This document shows, piece by piece, positions 25,357-35,929 of a stretch of DNA of 64,000 nt. Source of the DNA: a virus. The stretch spans positions 14,041 through 78,040 of IMG/VR virus record IMGVR_UViG_3300042307_002096; one strand, 5' to 3'. The notes beneath the pieces are model-generated. The model worked only from the letters and a program-made list of their open reading frames with translations, made no database searches and was not told the DNA's origin. A program made the position numbers and the translations under genes. Each line of letters begins with the position of its first letter. The stretch's first letter is position 1.

Positions 25357-25845
25357 ATGAATCCAGCCATACCGCAAAAAAGAGTCCGAAGAACAAAAGA
25401 GGAATTGAAAGATGTTTATATTGATCCGACTGAAATGGAAACATTAATAGAGCAATATTATGCTTCTGAGGAAGATATTATTTCCGAACGTCTTGCTGAA
25501 ATGATTCAAATGATTGCAGTACGCTTAGGTCTTGCGCGTAATTTTTATTCGTATAGTTTCAAAACCGAGATGCAAGGAGATGCCATTGTCAAAATGATGA
25601 CTGCGCTAAGGCGCAAGCGGTTCAAGTGTAATTCTGGGTACAATCCATTTTCTTATTTTACTAAAGTTGCTTATCACGCTTTTCAAAATTGCATTAAGAA
25701 AAACAAAAAAGATTTTGAAACGCTTAAACGATACCAAGAAGAAATATACGAAAATCATGTTTGTAGTGGGTATATTCCCTCTAGAAAAAATACACACAAT
25801 ATTTCTAGCGACGATTATACACAAAACGGTCACTATGAAGGTTAA
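25357..25845 (+). CDS. late sigma factor (T4 gp55-like)
   Basis: NFYSYSFK.EM.GDA and NPFSYFTKVAYHAF motifs. Confidence 0.85.
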   Translation: MNPAIPQKRVRRTKEELKDVYIDPTEMETLIEQYYASEEDIISERLAEMIQMIAVRLGLARNFYSYSFKTEMQGDAIVKMMTALRRKRFKCNSGYNPFSYFTKVAYHAFQNCIKKNKKDFETLKRYQEEIYENHVCSGYIPSRKNTHNISSDDYTQNGHYEG

Positions 25846-26893
25846 TCCTAAAAACAATAAAGTTCTTTTTTTCTCAGATTTGCATTTGGGGGTGCATCAA
25901 AATTCCCAAACCTGGCACAAGATTTGTTTAGATCTTGCTGAGTGGATTAATGTAGTAATGAAAGAACAAAAGCTAGATACTATATTTTTTGCTGGTGACG
26001 TATTTCATGATCGACATGAAATTGGTGTTAACACTCTTCATACTGCAAAAAAATTCTTTGATACGCTAAAAGAATATCAAATTCACATTGTTCCTGGTAA
26101 CCATGATGCGTTTTTGTCATCAACAGTTGAAGTCAATTCGGTAGAAATTCTTGAACAAACAAACATCCATGTTTACACTAATCCAACCACTATAGAAGTT
26201 AATGATAAACTTGTCACGTTTTGCCCGTGGAAAACAGTTGTAAAAGATCTTGAAAAGGTTGATATGTTAGTTGGTCATTTTGAAATTGCTAACTTTAAAA
26301 TGAATGCCACAAAAATTTGTGATCACGGAGATTCATCTACGGATCTTTTAGAAAAAGCAAATGCTGTAATAACGGGACATTTTCACTATAAAGAAACCAG
26401 AAATTATGAAGGGAATAAATACGTAATGTATTTGGGTTCTCCATATGAAATGGATTTTGGAGATCGAGATCAACAAAAAGGAGTCACTGTTATTGATTTT
26501 GATGATTTAACTAAATTTGAATTTATTGAGAACAATATTACTCCAAAACATTTTCGATTAAAAATTTCAGAGCTAGTTCAGAAAAAATATCAAGATTTGC
26601 CAGCTCTTATTAAGGGTAATATTATTAGTGTGTATGTTGATATTAAAATAGACACATTAACTCTTGATTTGCTAATATCTAAATTAACTCAATACGGACC
26701 ATTGCAATTTAGAACTGAGTTTAATATTTTAGATACTGCTCAAATTGATACTAAAGATGTTAAAAAGTTATCTATCGATATTGAAACAGCTTTTCATGAA
26801 TTTGTAGATCATGTTGACACTAGAGCTACCAAAAAAGAAGTACTTGATAAATGTCTAGAGTTGTATAAATTATGTCAAACATCTCATGAGTAA
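25835..26893 (+). CDS. recombination endonuclease subunit (gp47, Mre11/SbcD-like)
   Basis: SDLHLG, GDVFH, GNHD, GHFH, YLGSP. Confidence 0.9.
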   Translation: MKVNPKNNKVLFFSDLHLGVHQNSQTWHKICLDLAEWINVVMKEQKLDTIFFAGDVFHDRHEIGVNTLHTAKKFFDTLKEYQIHIVPGNHDAFLSSTVEVNSVEILEQTNIHVYTNPTTIEVNDKLVTFCPWKTVVKDLEKVDMLVGHFEIANFKMNATKICDHGDSSTDLLEKANAVITGHFHYKETRNYEGNKYVMYLGSPYEMDFGDRDQQKGVTVIDFDDLTKFEFIENNITPKHFRLKISELVQKKYQDLPALIKGNIISVYVDIKIDTLTLDLLISKLTQYGPLQFRTEFNILDTAQIDTKDVKKLSIDIETAFHEFVDHVDTRATKKEVLDKCLELYKLCQTSHE

Positions 26894-27737
26894 TACAAAA
26901 GAAAAAATTGGGGTCGGTATCGTGACTCATGAAAGGTTAAATTATTTAAAAACTTTGTTGGAATCGTTGCTTCCTTGCAGAGATGTCATTGACGAACTTG
27001 TGGTAGTTAATGACGGAAAACCAATTGATAACTTTAAATTAAAATTTGGAGAATGGCTACAAAATGAAACCAATCAAGGTGTTGCTAAGTCCAAAAACAG
27101 AGCAATGAAGCATCTTTTTGATAAAGATTGTGATTATATTTTTATCATCGAAGATGACATGATAATTAAAGATAATTCAATTTTTCAAAAATATGTGGAA
27201 GCTCATAAGGTTAGCGGTATACATCACTTCAATTACGGCCCTGGTTCTCCATTTAACCGCAAACAAACTATTAAAGACTTTGATTTGCACAATAGACACT
27301 TGCTTGACGAGAAAACTGAACCAAACCCAAAACTAATTGTAGATTATAAAGTGTGCAAAATTGCACTATACGAGCACACTGTTGCTATGTTCTCATTTTT
27401 TACAAAAACCTTGTTAAAGCAAGGTTTAGGTTATATGTGTGAGGATTTTGATAATTGTTGGGAACATGTGTCAAGTACAAACTACATTATTAGAGCAGGA
27501 TATCATCCTCCGTTTTGGTGGTTTGCTGATTTAGCTAATAGCCACGATTTAATTACAGAGGCTCCTGGAGCAATTGAAAACTCGTCAATTGCTAAAGATA
27601 AATCCGAATGGATGAAGAAAGTAATGGCTGGCAGAGAAATTTACAAAACCAAGCATGGGTACTATCCAAATCAACCTCCTTTGTATACTGAAGAGCAAGT
27701 TATAGAAGTTTTAAAACAATTAAAGAAAAATAAATGA
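26886..27737 (+). CDS. glycosyltransferase, GT2-like
   Basis: VVVNDG, NQGVAKSKN, IEDD. Confidence 0.8.
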   Translation: MSNTKEKIGVGIVTHERLNYLKTLLESLLPCRDVIDELVVVNDGKPIDNFKLKFGEWLQNETNQGVAKSKNRAMKHLFDKDCDYIFIIEDDMIIKDNSIFQKYVEAHKVSGIHHFNYGPGSPFNRKQTIKDFDLHNRHLLDEKTEPNPKLIVDYKVCKIALYEHTVAMFSFFTKTLLKQGLGYMCEDFDNCWEHVSSTNYIIRAGYHPPFWWFADLANSHDLITEAPGAIENSSIAKDKSEWMKKVMAGREIYKTKHGYYPNQPPLYTEEQVIEVLKQLKKNK

Positions 27738-28510
27738 ACGAAATTATTACATTTGGAAAAGGATATAATCTAAGTCCAGGCATTAAAGTATTTGTAAAAA
27801 GTGCAAAACAATTTTGCAATAAGCTAACAATTATCTGCTCGAGTTTAACTTCCGAATTAATGGAATTTTTAAAACAAAATGAAGTTAATATTGTAAGCGC
27901 TGACGATATTGCTAAAACTCACAACGTACAAATTAATATTTCTCCTTATACACTAAAGGTTATTTTCTTTTACTTGTATTGCAAACATTATTGTACTAGT
28001 AGTAATGTGTATTTGTGCGATTTTACTGATGTTTGTTTTCAAAAAAATTTATTTGAAATAATTGCAAACGAAAAGCCCTATGTGACAAGTGAAAACTATT
28101 TGATTGCAAATTGCCAAACCAATACTACTTGGATTAATCTTTGTTATAATGCAGATATTTATAATCTTCTTAAAAAATACGAAATTGTTAATGGTGGGAG
28201 CATTCTCGGAAAACTGCCTTTAACTATCGATTTGCTTAAAGAAATGTGTATAGACATGACACAAATTATTTCGAGAATCGGGAACTATCAAAACATTGAT
28301 CAGGCTTCGTTAAACAAAGTAGTTTATTTTGATCAAGCTCGTTATAATATTTTAAACAACTTAGAAATAGCAAATCTAGCTCATTTTGGAAATGCTGATA
28401 CAGTATTAGAAAAAAATAAAGTATGTATTAATAAAAAACAACCATACGTACTTCATCAATACGATGTTATTAAACCTTTAGAAAATTTTTTATATGAGCA
28501 ATTTAACTAA
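27734..28510 (+). CDS. GT-A fold glycosyltransferase-like protein
   Basis: DFTDVCFQ, NGGSILG, DQASLN, HQYD. Confidence 0.6.
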   Translation: MNEIITFGKGYNLSPGIKVFVKSAKQFCNKLTIICSSLTSELMEFLKQNEVNIVSADDIAKTHNVQINISPYTLKVIFFYLYCKHYCTSSNVYLCDFTDVCFQKNLFEIIANEKPYVTSENYLIANCQTNTTWINLCYNADIYNLLKKYEIVNGGSILGKLPLTIDLLKEMCIDMTQIISRIGNYQNIDQASLNKVVYFDQARYNILNNLEIANLAHFGNADTVLEKNKVCINKKQPYVLHQYDVIKPLENFLYEQFN

Positions 28511-29243
28511 TAAGTTTGATGTAATTGTTTTGTCATTAGCTGTTGACAAACAAACATTCGAAACCACTAAAACTTGTGTAGATTCGTATATTAGCACAGC
28601 TGATGAGCTTATTAATAAAATTTATGTCGTTGAAACTAATCAGGAATTTGATGAAGATTACAATCAACCAAAAGTTGAAGTAATAAAGCCAGGGGAGCAA
28701 TTTAATTACAACAAATTTTATAATATTGCGTTGGAAAAATGCGAGGCTGAATTTATTATCGGTCCAAATAACGACTTAATAATTCAACCAAATTGCTTGC
28801 AAACAATTGTTAAGGAATTTAATAATACCAATGCAATTCAGTCAATTTCGCCAATTGATAGAAACTGGCACAGACATACAAAAATGTATTTGCCGTCTGA
28901 AAATAAAATTTACTATGGAACAGAGGTGTCTTTACATATGTATGGTTGTATTTTTTGTTGCAGAAGATCTGTTTTTGAAAAAATTGGTTATCTGGATGAA
29001 ACATTTTACTTCTTTTACCAAGACAACGACTATGTCATGTCACTGGAAAGGTGCGGCTTGCTTCACGGGGTTCATACAGGTGCAAGAGTAACTCATCAAT
29101 CAGGTCATTCGAACAAATATGCTGAAGAGCGACTCCAGTACACTCCAAAAAATATGAACGATCAAGGCAATCTTTTGGCTAACAAATGGAATAGCGAACC
29201 GTTTAAATCCGGAGGTTATAAACAATTTAGACAATACAAATGA
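28494..29243 (+). CDS. glycosyltransferase, GT2-like
   Basis: FNYNKFYN, NNDL, IGYLDE.F.FFYQDND. Confidence 0.8.
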   Translation: MSNLTNKFDVIVLSLAVDKQTFETTKTCVDSYISTADELINKIYVVETNQEFDEDYNQPKVEVIKPGEQFNYNKFYNIALEKCEAEFIIGPNNDLIIQPNCLQTIVKEFNNTNAIQSISPIDRNWHRHTKMYLPSENKIYYGTEVSLHMYGCIFCCRRSVFEKIGYLDETFYFFYQDNDYVMSLERCGLLHGVHTGARVTHQSGHSNKYAEERLQYTPKNMNDQGNLLANKWNSEPFKSGGYKQFRQYK

Positions 29244-30190
29244 AAACAATTGCATTTCATTCTAATCAATTAGGCATTAGAGGGACGGAAGTTGCTTTAT
29301 ATGATTATGCTCTTTATAATGAAGAAATTTTAAACAATAAATCATACATTATTTCTTGCGCAAAAGCAGATCTTGCTACTTTAAAAAAATTTCAAAATAA
29401 ATTTGAAGTATTTTTGTACGATCAATTTCATGATTGTTTTGATTTTGTTAAAGACAAAAATATTGAATATGTGTATTATATTAAAGCTGGAGATAACGAC
29501 GGAAAAATAATTCCTAAGGTTAAAAATTTAATTCATGTTGTATTTCAAAACAAAGACGTGCATGGAGACAAATACGCATATATTTCAAATTGGTTAGCCA
29601 ACAAAATGAATATGGAAAGCAGTTATGTACCTCATATTGTTTCTTTACCGGAACCAGAAACAAATTACAGAAAACAATTAGGTATTTCCAAAAAAAATAT
29701 CGTTATTGGAAGATACGGAGGATACGATGAATTTGATCTTCCGTTTGTTCATAAAGAAATTTATAATATATTGCAATTAAGAAGCGATATTAAATTTTTG
29801 TTTATGAATACAAGACCGTTTGGACCAGAACATTCAAATATTATTTACATCAACGGAACTCACAACATTCAAAACAAGTCTAATTTTATTAATACATGTG
29901 ATTATATGATTCACGGAAGAAATCATGGAGAAAGTTTTGGTTTAGCAATTTGTGAATTTTTGTATGGCGGAAAACCTGTTATTAGTTGGAAAGACGGATT
30001 AGATAGACACCACATTGAATTGTTAAAAAACAAAGGAATATGGTACGAGAATTCAATTCAATTATATAATATTCTTATTAACCTTGATAAACAATACAAA
30101 GATATTACATCAAGTGATTGTAAAATGTTAGTTAAACAATTTTCCCCAAAAAACGTTATGGACCGTTTTAATAAAATATTTTTGCAATGA
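29240..30190 (+). CDS. glycosyltransferase, GT-B (GT4-like)
   Basis: RGTE N-terminal motif; GESFGLAICE.L..GKPVI. Confidence 0.8.
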   Translation: MKTIAFHSNQLGIRGTEVALYDYALYNEEILNNKSYIISCAKADLATLKKFQNKFEVFLYDQFHDCFDFVKDKNIEYVYYIKAGDNDGKIIPKVKNLIHVVFQNKDVHGDKYAYISNWLANKMNMESSYVPHIVSLPEPETNYRKQLGISKKNIVIGRYGGYDEFDLPFVHKEIYNILQLRSDIKFLFMNTRPFGPEHSNIIYINGTHNIQNKSNFINTCDYMIHGRNHGESFGLAICEFLYGGKPVISWKDGLDRHHIELLKNKGIWYENSIQLYNILINLDKQYKDITSSDCKMLVKQFSPKNVMDRFNKIFLQ

Positions 30191-31044
30191 AAATTTTATA
30201 TTTGACTAAAGGAGATCACGTAGATTATCAAAATGATTGTTTGCTTATCGGATTTAAAGAATTATTTGGATCAGATGTAGTGGATTACAATAAGCAATCT
30301 CACAATTACGTTACATATGATGAGCAAGCAGCTAAAAGTTTGTACGGAATGGGAATGTCCGTTACAAGAATACTACCGGATTTAGAAGTAGATAGAACAG
30401 ACATTACTGCTAAAATTAAAAATAAATATTTTGATTATATTGTATACGGCTCGATTTGGAGATGTAACGACTACATTCAAACAATTCTTGAATATTACCC
30501 AAAACATAAGGTTATTGTTGTTGATGGAGAAGACGAATCCAATATTCACAAAATTTTTGATTTAGGAATTTTATACTTTAAAAGAGAATTGCAATATAAG
30601 CATGAAAGATTGTTTCCAATATCTTTTGCTATACCTACCTCTAAAGTAAATTTTATCAAAAATAAAACAAGAGATATTGCTATCTGTAATCCTGCAGACC
30701 GCTCAACTTACATTTATAAAAATGAAAAAGATTATTATGAAGGTTATCAAGAGTCTCGTATTGGTATTACTATGAAAAAAGCCGGCTGGGATTGTATGCG
30801 GCATTATGAAATTTTGGCTAATGGTTGTTTACCATATTTCATTAATATTGATAAGTGTCCTAATTTTACGATGACGTCTTTTCCAAAACAATTATGCATA
30901 GATTTAATCAATAATGCAAAAAATGTTAATGCTCAAACATTATATGATCAATTTGCTGACAAATTCGAGAATCATTTGTTAACGCACAATACCACGAATG
31001 CTTTAGCAAAATACGTAACTAATTGTTTGTTAACTAACATATGA
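30187..31044 (+). CDS. glycosyltransferase-like protein
   Basis: GWDCMRHYEILANGCLPYF resembles GT-B C-terminal motifs; cluster context. Confidence 0.55.
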   Translation: MKILYLTKGDHVDYQNDCLLIGFKELFGSDVVDYNKQSHNYVTYDEQAAKSLYGMGMSVTRILPDLEVDRTDITAKIKNKYFDYIVYGSIWRCNDYIQTILEYYPKHKVIVVDGEDESNIHKIFDLGILYFKRELQYKHERLFPISFAIPTSKVNFIKNKTRDIAICNPADRSTYIYKNEKDYYEGYQESRIGITMKKAGWDCMRHYEILANGCLPYFINIDKCPNFTMTSFPKQLCIDLINNAKNVNAQTLYDQFADKFENHLLTHNTTNALAKYVTNCLLTNI

Positions 31045-31655
31045 CAACAAACGTATTTTATCATTTATCTTCTTTAAATGATTACAAAGCGCGGTTTTGC
31101 TCTACTTACGAAAAGATCATGAAGAGTGGATTACTTGACAAGATTAATAACTTCTTTGTTATTACAGACTCTACTTCTGCTCATTTTTTAAATATGTTAA
31201 ACGTCAATGTTATTAAGGTTGACAGCTTAATGGCGAGCGAGCGCCCAACGTTAATGTTTTTAAAAAATTTTGCTTTAGAGAATGAAGGATACAGTTTATA
31301 TTTGCATTGTAAAGGTTCGTCTCGACCATACGATCAACGTATTCAGGATTGGATAAATATGCTTGAGTATTTTTGCATTGAGCAATTTGAACGATGTATT
31401 GAAGAGTTAAAAAACAATTATAATGTTGTAGGATGCAATTTTAAAAAAGATGCTGATGAGCCACATTTTTCTGGTAATTTTTGGTGGGCCAATAACAATT
31501 ATCTTGCTACACTACCAGAATTAAATTCTGACGATAGAATAAGATGCGAAATGTGGATAGGTAAAGGAGTAAATTTAAAAGCTAAAACCTTACACGATTC
31601 ACCAATAAACCACTATAACAAAACATATCCAGCCAGTAAATATACAACAAATTAA
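31041..31655 (+). CDS. hypothetical protein in glycan-modification cluster
   Basis: YLHCKG, HFSGNFWWA, EMWIG motifs; cluster context. Confidence 0.5.
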   Translation: MTTNVFYHLSSLNDYKARFCSTYEKIMKSGLLDKINNFFVITDSTSAHFLNMLNVNVIKVDSLMASERPTLMFLKNFALENEGYSLYLHCKGSSRPYDQRIQDWINMLEYFCIEQFERCIEELKNNYNVVGCNFKKDADEPHFSGNFWWANNNYLATLPELNSDDRIRCEMWIGKGVNLKAKTLHDSPINHYNKTYPASKYTTN

Positions 31656-31659
31656 CATT

Positions 31660-32253
31660 ATGGAAAGAACAGAAATTATTAATCGTCTTATTGCAAAACA
31701 CAACTACAAAAATTATCTTGAAATAGGAGTTCAATACGGTCACAATTTTAGAGACATAAATTTACCAAGAAAATGCAAAACCGCTGTTGATATTAAAAAG
31801 CAAATTCTAGATTTTGAATATTTTCTAGACCACGAGACCACGAGTGACGAATTTTTCAAACAAAATACAAAAAAATACGACATTATTTTTATTGACGGGG
31901 ACCATAGCTTCGAACAATCATATTTAGACGTAACAAATGCTTTGCAGTGTTTAAATCTTGAAGGAACTATTGTTTGCCACGATTGCTATCCAACAACAGA
32001 AGAGCTTGCTAGCTTTAGTTTTATGGGAACGGTATACAAGACCATTTTAAAGTTGCGGATGACAAGAACTGATTTAAATATTTTTGTTGTAAATACTGAT
32101 TGTGGTTGCGGAGTAATACAACGTTGTGCTCCGCAAGAAAAACCACCCGTTCAACATGATGAATCATTATATGTTTACAAAAATTTTATAACAAGAGCAA
32201 AAGAATATTTAAATTTAAAAGAAACCAGCGAGTTTATTTCAACGTTAAATTAA
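31660..32253 (+). CDS. class I SAM-dependent methyltransferase
   Basis: YLEIGV, DIIFIDGDH, IVCHD. Confidence 0.85.
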   Translation: MERTEIINRLIAKHNYKNYLEIGVQYGHNFRDINLPRKCKTAVDIKKQILDFEYFLDHETTSDEFFKQNTKKYDIIFIDGDHSFEQSYLDVTNALQCLNLEGTIVCHDCYPTTEELASFSFMGTVYKTILKLRMTRTDLNIFVVNTDCGCGVIQRCAPQEKPPVQHDESLYVYKNFITRAKEYLNLKETSEFISTLN

Positions 32254-32259
32254 TAAATT

Positions 32260-32808
32260 ATGATTAATAAAGAAAAATGGACCTTGAAAAGAAGAGATGG
32301 CGTATCTTCAGCATGGAAAGGTTTGGAAGATTACATCAATCCAATTATTAAGAATTTTAACATACAACCCAACACTGCCTTAGAATTTGGAGTAGATCTT
32401 GGTTACAGTGCTGATATTTTTTCACAAGTATTTAATAAAGTTGTTGGGGTTGATTCGTTTATTGGAGACGTTCACATTAGACACGAGCAAGGAGATGGTT
32501 TTTATCACTCTGTTAAAAATTCTTTTATTGACACAAACGTAGAAATCATTAGATCCTCTTTTGAAGACTTTATTGCGAATAACAAAAATCAATATGATTT
32601 AGTTCATATAGATATTGTTCATGAATATGCTCCAACTTTTGCATGTGCTGACTGGGCTATTCAACACAGTAATGTAGTTATTTTACATGACACTGTTTCA
32701 TTTCCGGAAATTTATAAAGTCTGTGAAGATATTTCCTGTAAACACAACGCTAAATTTTACAACATAACTGATCATTTTGGTTTGGGAATTCTATACAAAA
32801 ATAGTTGA
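32260..32808 (+). CDS. class I SAM-dependent methyltransferase
   Basis: LEFGVDLGYS, DLVHIDIVH, ILHD. Confidence 0.8.
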   Translation: MINKEKWTLKRRDGVSSAWKGLEDYINPIIKNFNIQPNTALEFGVDLGYSADIFSQVFNKVVGVDSFIGDVHIRHEQGDGFYHSVKNSFIDTNVEIIRSSFEDFIANNKNQYDLVHIDIVHEYAPTFACADWAIQHSNVVILHDTVSFPEIYKVCEDISCKHNAKFYNITDHFGLGILYKNS

Positions 32809-32840
32809 AAAATAAAATAGCTACTGTACTCTAGTAACAG

Positions 32841-34637
32841 ATGCGATTTATTACGTTTAAAACCCTCGAAGGTAGAAATTTTTTATCTTTTGGAGACAGT
32901 CTTGTTCATGTTGATTTAAGGCCAGGCGTTAACGCTATTATTGGTACCAATTACGACAAAGAAGATTCTAAAAACGGAGCTGGTAAATCTAGTATTACCG
33001 AATTACTTTACTATTCGTTGTATGGCAATACGCTTCGAGAAATTTCTAAAGATCATATTCAAAATAGTTTAACTAAAAAACGTTGTGAAGTATCATTAGA
33101 ATTTGACGTCACCTCAAATAGTGTGACTGATTCTTATAAAATTGTAAGGATGCTTAATCCAACAAAATGTTTGCTTCTTAAAAACGGACAAGATGTAACT
33201 AGATCAACTCTTGCTAAAACAAATGCTTTAATTCAAGAATTAATTCATACTCCAGCTACAGTTTTTCAAAACTCAGTTATTATGTCAGTAAATACTGCAT
33301 TGCCGTTTATGGCTCTGCCAAAAACAGACAAAAGAAAGTTTATTGAAAGCGTTCTTGGACTTGAAGTATTTACTCAAATGGTTCTTAAAGCCAGAGATGA
33401 TTATAGTATCGCCAAAAAAGATTATGAAATAGCTTATACAAAATTTGAACAAACTCAAACAGAACTTGCTTTTAATCAATCTCAATTTGATAACTATAAA
33501 ACGTTAAAAACAGAACGTCTAAATAAATTAAACGATAAAAAAACTACTCTCTTAGGTGATATCCAAAATCTTAAATCTAAAATTGCTAAATTTGACACTC
33601 TAACAACAGAAGAGGATAAAAATAAAATTGTACATTTTGAAGAACAACTTTGTGAGTTAAGTGAAAAGAAAAGCAATTTACAATCTAAAATTAACGTAAT
33701 TCAAACTGAAATTAATTCCGAAAACAAACAAATAAAAAATTTACAAACAAATAAAGATACATGTCCAACATGCTCAAGAGAATATTCCGAAGAGCATGTA
33801 GTGCACGTATCCAATTTAATTGCTAACCATAATCTTAATATTGAAAAATTTTCCAAAGCAGAAGGTAAGGTCAAAGAGTCGTTATTAAAAATTGAAAACG
33901 ACATTACTAATATTCAAGCTACTAAAAAAATTTGTGCAGAAAATATAGATCAAATTAAACAACTCATTAGCAACAATAAATCATTTGAATTAAGCATTAA
34001 TCATTTAGAGTCAAATTTAAAGGACGTAGAAGAAGATATTGAGGTTGTTGCTAAGGAGCAAAACAATGAACTTAAAGGAAAAATTACTACTTTAAAAACA
34101 ACAACTGATGAACTTCAACAAAAAGTAGATAAGCTAAATAACGACTTAAATGTGTTAGAAACCGTAAAGTTTGTTATTTCAGAAGAAGGAATTAAATCAT
34201 TTATTGTAAAAAAAATTCTTAAAGTATTAAATTCGAGACTGGCATTTTATCTTAAAAAGCTTGAAGCAAATTGTCTTTGCCAATTTAACGAATTTTTTGA
34301 CGAAGAAATTATTGATGAAAGCTCAAACCAAAAATCATATTTTAATTTTTCTGGTGGAGAGCGCAAACGAATTGATTTAGCTTGTTTATTTGCTTTTGCT
34401 GACATTCGCAGACTTCAAGGAGATGTTAATTTTAGTACCGTATTTTATGACGAACTTCTTGATTCGTCTTTGGACGATAAAGGCGTCTCATTAACTCTTA
34501 AAGTTCTTCGGGAACGTTTTAATGAAAATAACGAATCTTGTTATATTATTACTCACAGAGGACCTGAAGTAACAACAAAAGCAGAGCATACGATCCATGT
34601 AATAAAACGCAATGGTATCTCAGCTGTTTCGTGCTAG
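32841..34637 (+). CDS. recombination ATPase subunit (gp46, Rad50/SbcC-like)
   Basis: NFLSFG, NGAGKS, CPTC hook, FSGGE, YDE; own promoter TTGAAA-N16-TACTCT (32805-32832). Confidence 0.92.
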   Translation: MRFITFKTLEGRNFLSFGDSLVHVDLRPGVNAIIGTNYDKEDSKNGAGKSSITELLYYSLYGNTLREISKDHIQNSLTKKRCEVSLEFDVTSNSVTDSYKIVRMLNPTKCLLLKNGQDVTRSTLAKTNALIQELIHTPATVFQNSVIMSVNTALPFMALPKTDKRKFIESVLGLEVFTQMVLKARDDYSIAKKDYEIAYTKFEQTQTELAFNQSQFDNYKTLKTERLNKLNDKKTTLLGDIQNLKSKIAKFDTLTTEEDKNKIVHFEEQLCELSEKKSNLQSKINVIQTEINSENKQIKNLQTNKDTCPTCSREYSEEHVVHVSNLIANHNLNIEKFSKAEGKVKESLLKIENDITNIQATKKICAENIDQIKQLISNNKSFELSINHLESNLKDVEEDIEVVAKEQNNELKGKITTLKTTTDELQQKVDKLNNDLNVLETVKFVISEEGIKSFIVKKILKVLNSRLAFYLKKLEANCLCQFNEFFDEEIIDESSNQKSYFNFSGGERKRIDLACLFAFADIRRLQGDVNFSTVFYDELLDSSLDDKGVSLTLKVLRERFNENNESCYIITHRGPEVTTKAEHTIHVIKRNGISAVSC

Positions 34638-34668
34638 ATTAAAATCAACACACCTTTTAAATAACACT

Positions 34669-35898
34669 ATGACCACACCTGTTCAACTAGGCATTCAAAA
34701 TCTTCCTGGAGCTCCAATGGGCATTCCTCTTGGCGTGCCAACTCAAACTTACTTAAACTCAACTCCAGCACCAAAATCTGAGTTGCCTCCTCCAGAAGTA
34801 CCATCTCAAGGACTAAAAAGAGCGTTGAACTATCTAGCTGATTATGGTGGATGTGGTTATTATCGCTGCATTGCTCCAAATCTTTTATTGAATTTGCACG
34901 AAAAGGCTGTCGTGATAGAATCGACGGCAATGATTTTAGATCCTAAATTTTACGGAACAGTAGAAGCAGTTAAACTTCAAAGACAGGCTACTCCTAACCA
35001 AAGAGACTTTGTTAAAATGTTAAAACAAATATCATCACACAAACCGCTTAAATTGATATATGAAGTAGATGATGTAATTTTTGCTGAAGATATTCCATTA
35101 TATAATCGCAATAGATCCGCATTTACTGCTCCAGAAATTCAAAATTCCATTAAAGAAATTTTGTCTATGATGGATGAAATTGTCGTTACTTGTGATTATT
35201 TTAAAGATTATATGATTGAAAAATCAGGTAATAAAAACGTAACTGTTGTTCCTAATTATTTAATGAAATGGTGGTTTGATCGCTATTACAACCTTGGTGA
35301 CCTGGTTAAAAAATACGACAAAAATAAGAAGAAGCCAATTGTTGCTATTTTTGCATCAGGGACTCATTGCGATGTAGCAAATCAAGCAAATCAACAAGAC
35401 GATTTTGCTCACGTCGTACAGCATATTATTAAAACAAGAACCGAATTTAACTGGCATTTTTACGGATCATTTCCTTTAACGCTAAAACCGTACATTGATA
35501 ACGGGCAGATAAAATTTTTTCCGTGGACCAAATTGCCTGATTTTCCGCAAGCTGTAGCTAATTCCGGAGCACAAATTACGTTTGCAGCGCTGCAAGAAAA
35601 TAATTTTAATTTATGTAAAAGCAATATCAAGCTTATTGAGTCTGGAGCTATAGGATTACCTTGCGTATGTCCTGACATGGCTACATATAAAGACGCATTT
35701 TTAAAATACAAAACGGGAGATGAATTTATAGATTGCTTAAAAACAGCTCTAAAAAATCAAACAGTATATGCAGATTTTTGCAAAAAATCTCGAGCTTACG
35801 CTGAAAAATTTTGGCTAGATGATGAGAAAAATTTAATGAAACATCATGAAATTTATTTTACTCCTCATGGGTCACCGGAACGCAAATATATAGCTTGA
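34669..35898 (+). CDS. GT-B glycosyltransferase-like protein
   Basis: GCGYYR, YEVDD, FNLCKSNIKLIE.GAIGLP. Confidence 0.7.
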   Translation: MTTPVQLGIQNLPGAPMGIPLGVPTQTYLNSTPAPKSELPPPEVPSQGLKRALNYLADYGGCGYYRCIAPNLLLNLHEKAVVIESTAMILDPKFYGTVEAVKLQRQATPNQRDFVKMLKQISSHKPLKLIYEVDDVIFAEDIPLYNRNRSAFTAPEIQNSIKEILSMMDEIVVTCDYFKDYMIEKSGNKNVTVVPNYLMKWWFDRYYNLGDLVKKYDKNKKKPIVAIFASGTHCDVANQANQQDDFAHVVQHIIKTRTEFNWHFYGSFPLTLKPYIDNGQIKFFPWTKLPDFPQAVANSGAQITFAALQENNFNLCKSNIKLIESGAIGLPCVCPDMATYKDAFLKYKTGDEFIDCLKTALKNQTVYADFCKKSRAYAEKFWLDDEKNLMKHHEIYFTPHGSPERKYIA

Positions 35899-35929
35899 TT
35901 TTGTTAATTTTTTTGGTATTATAAAACGC

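Noticed and set aside
25667-25834. Long N-terminal extension of gp47 from the ORF track
   Set aside because: Overlaps the gp55-like gene; the ATG at 25835 gives normal coupling and protein size.
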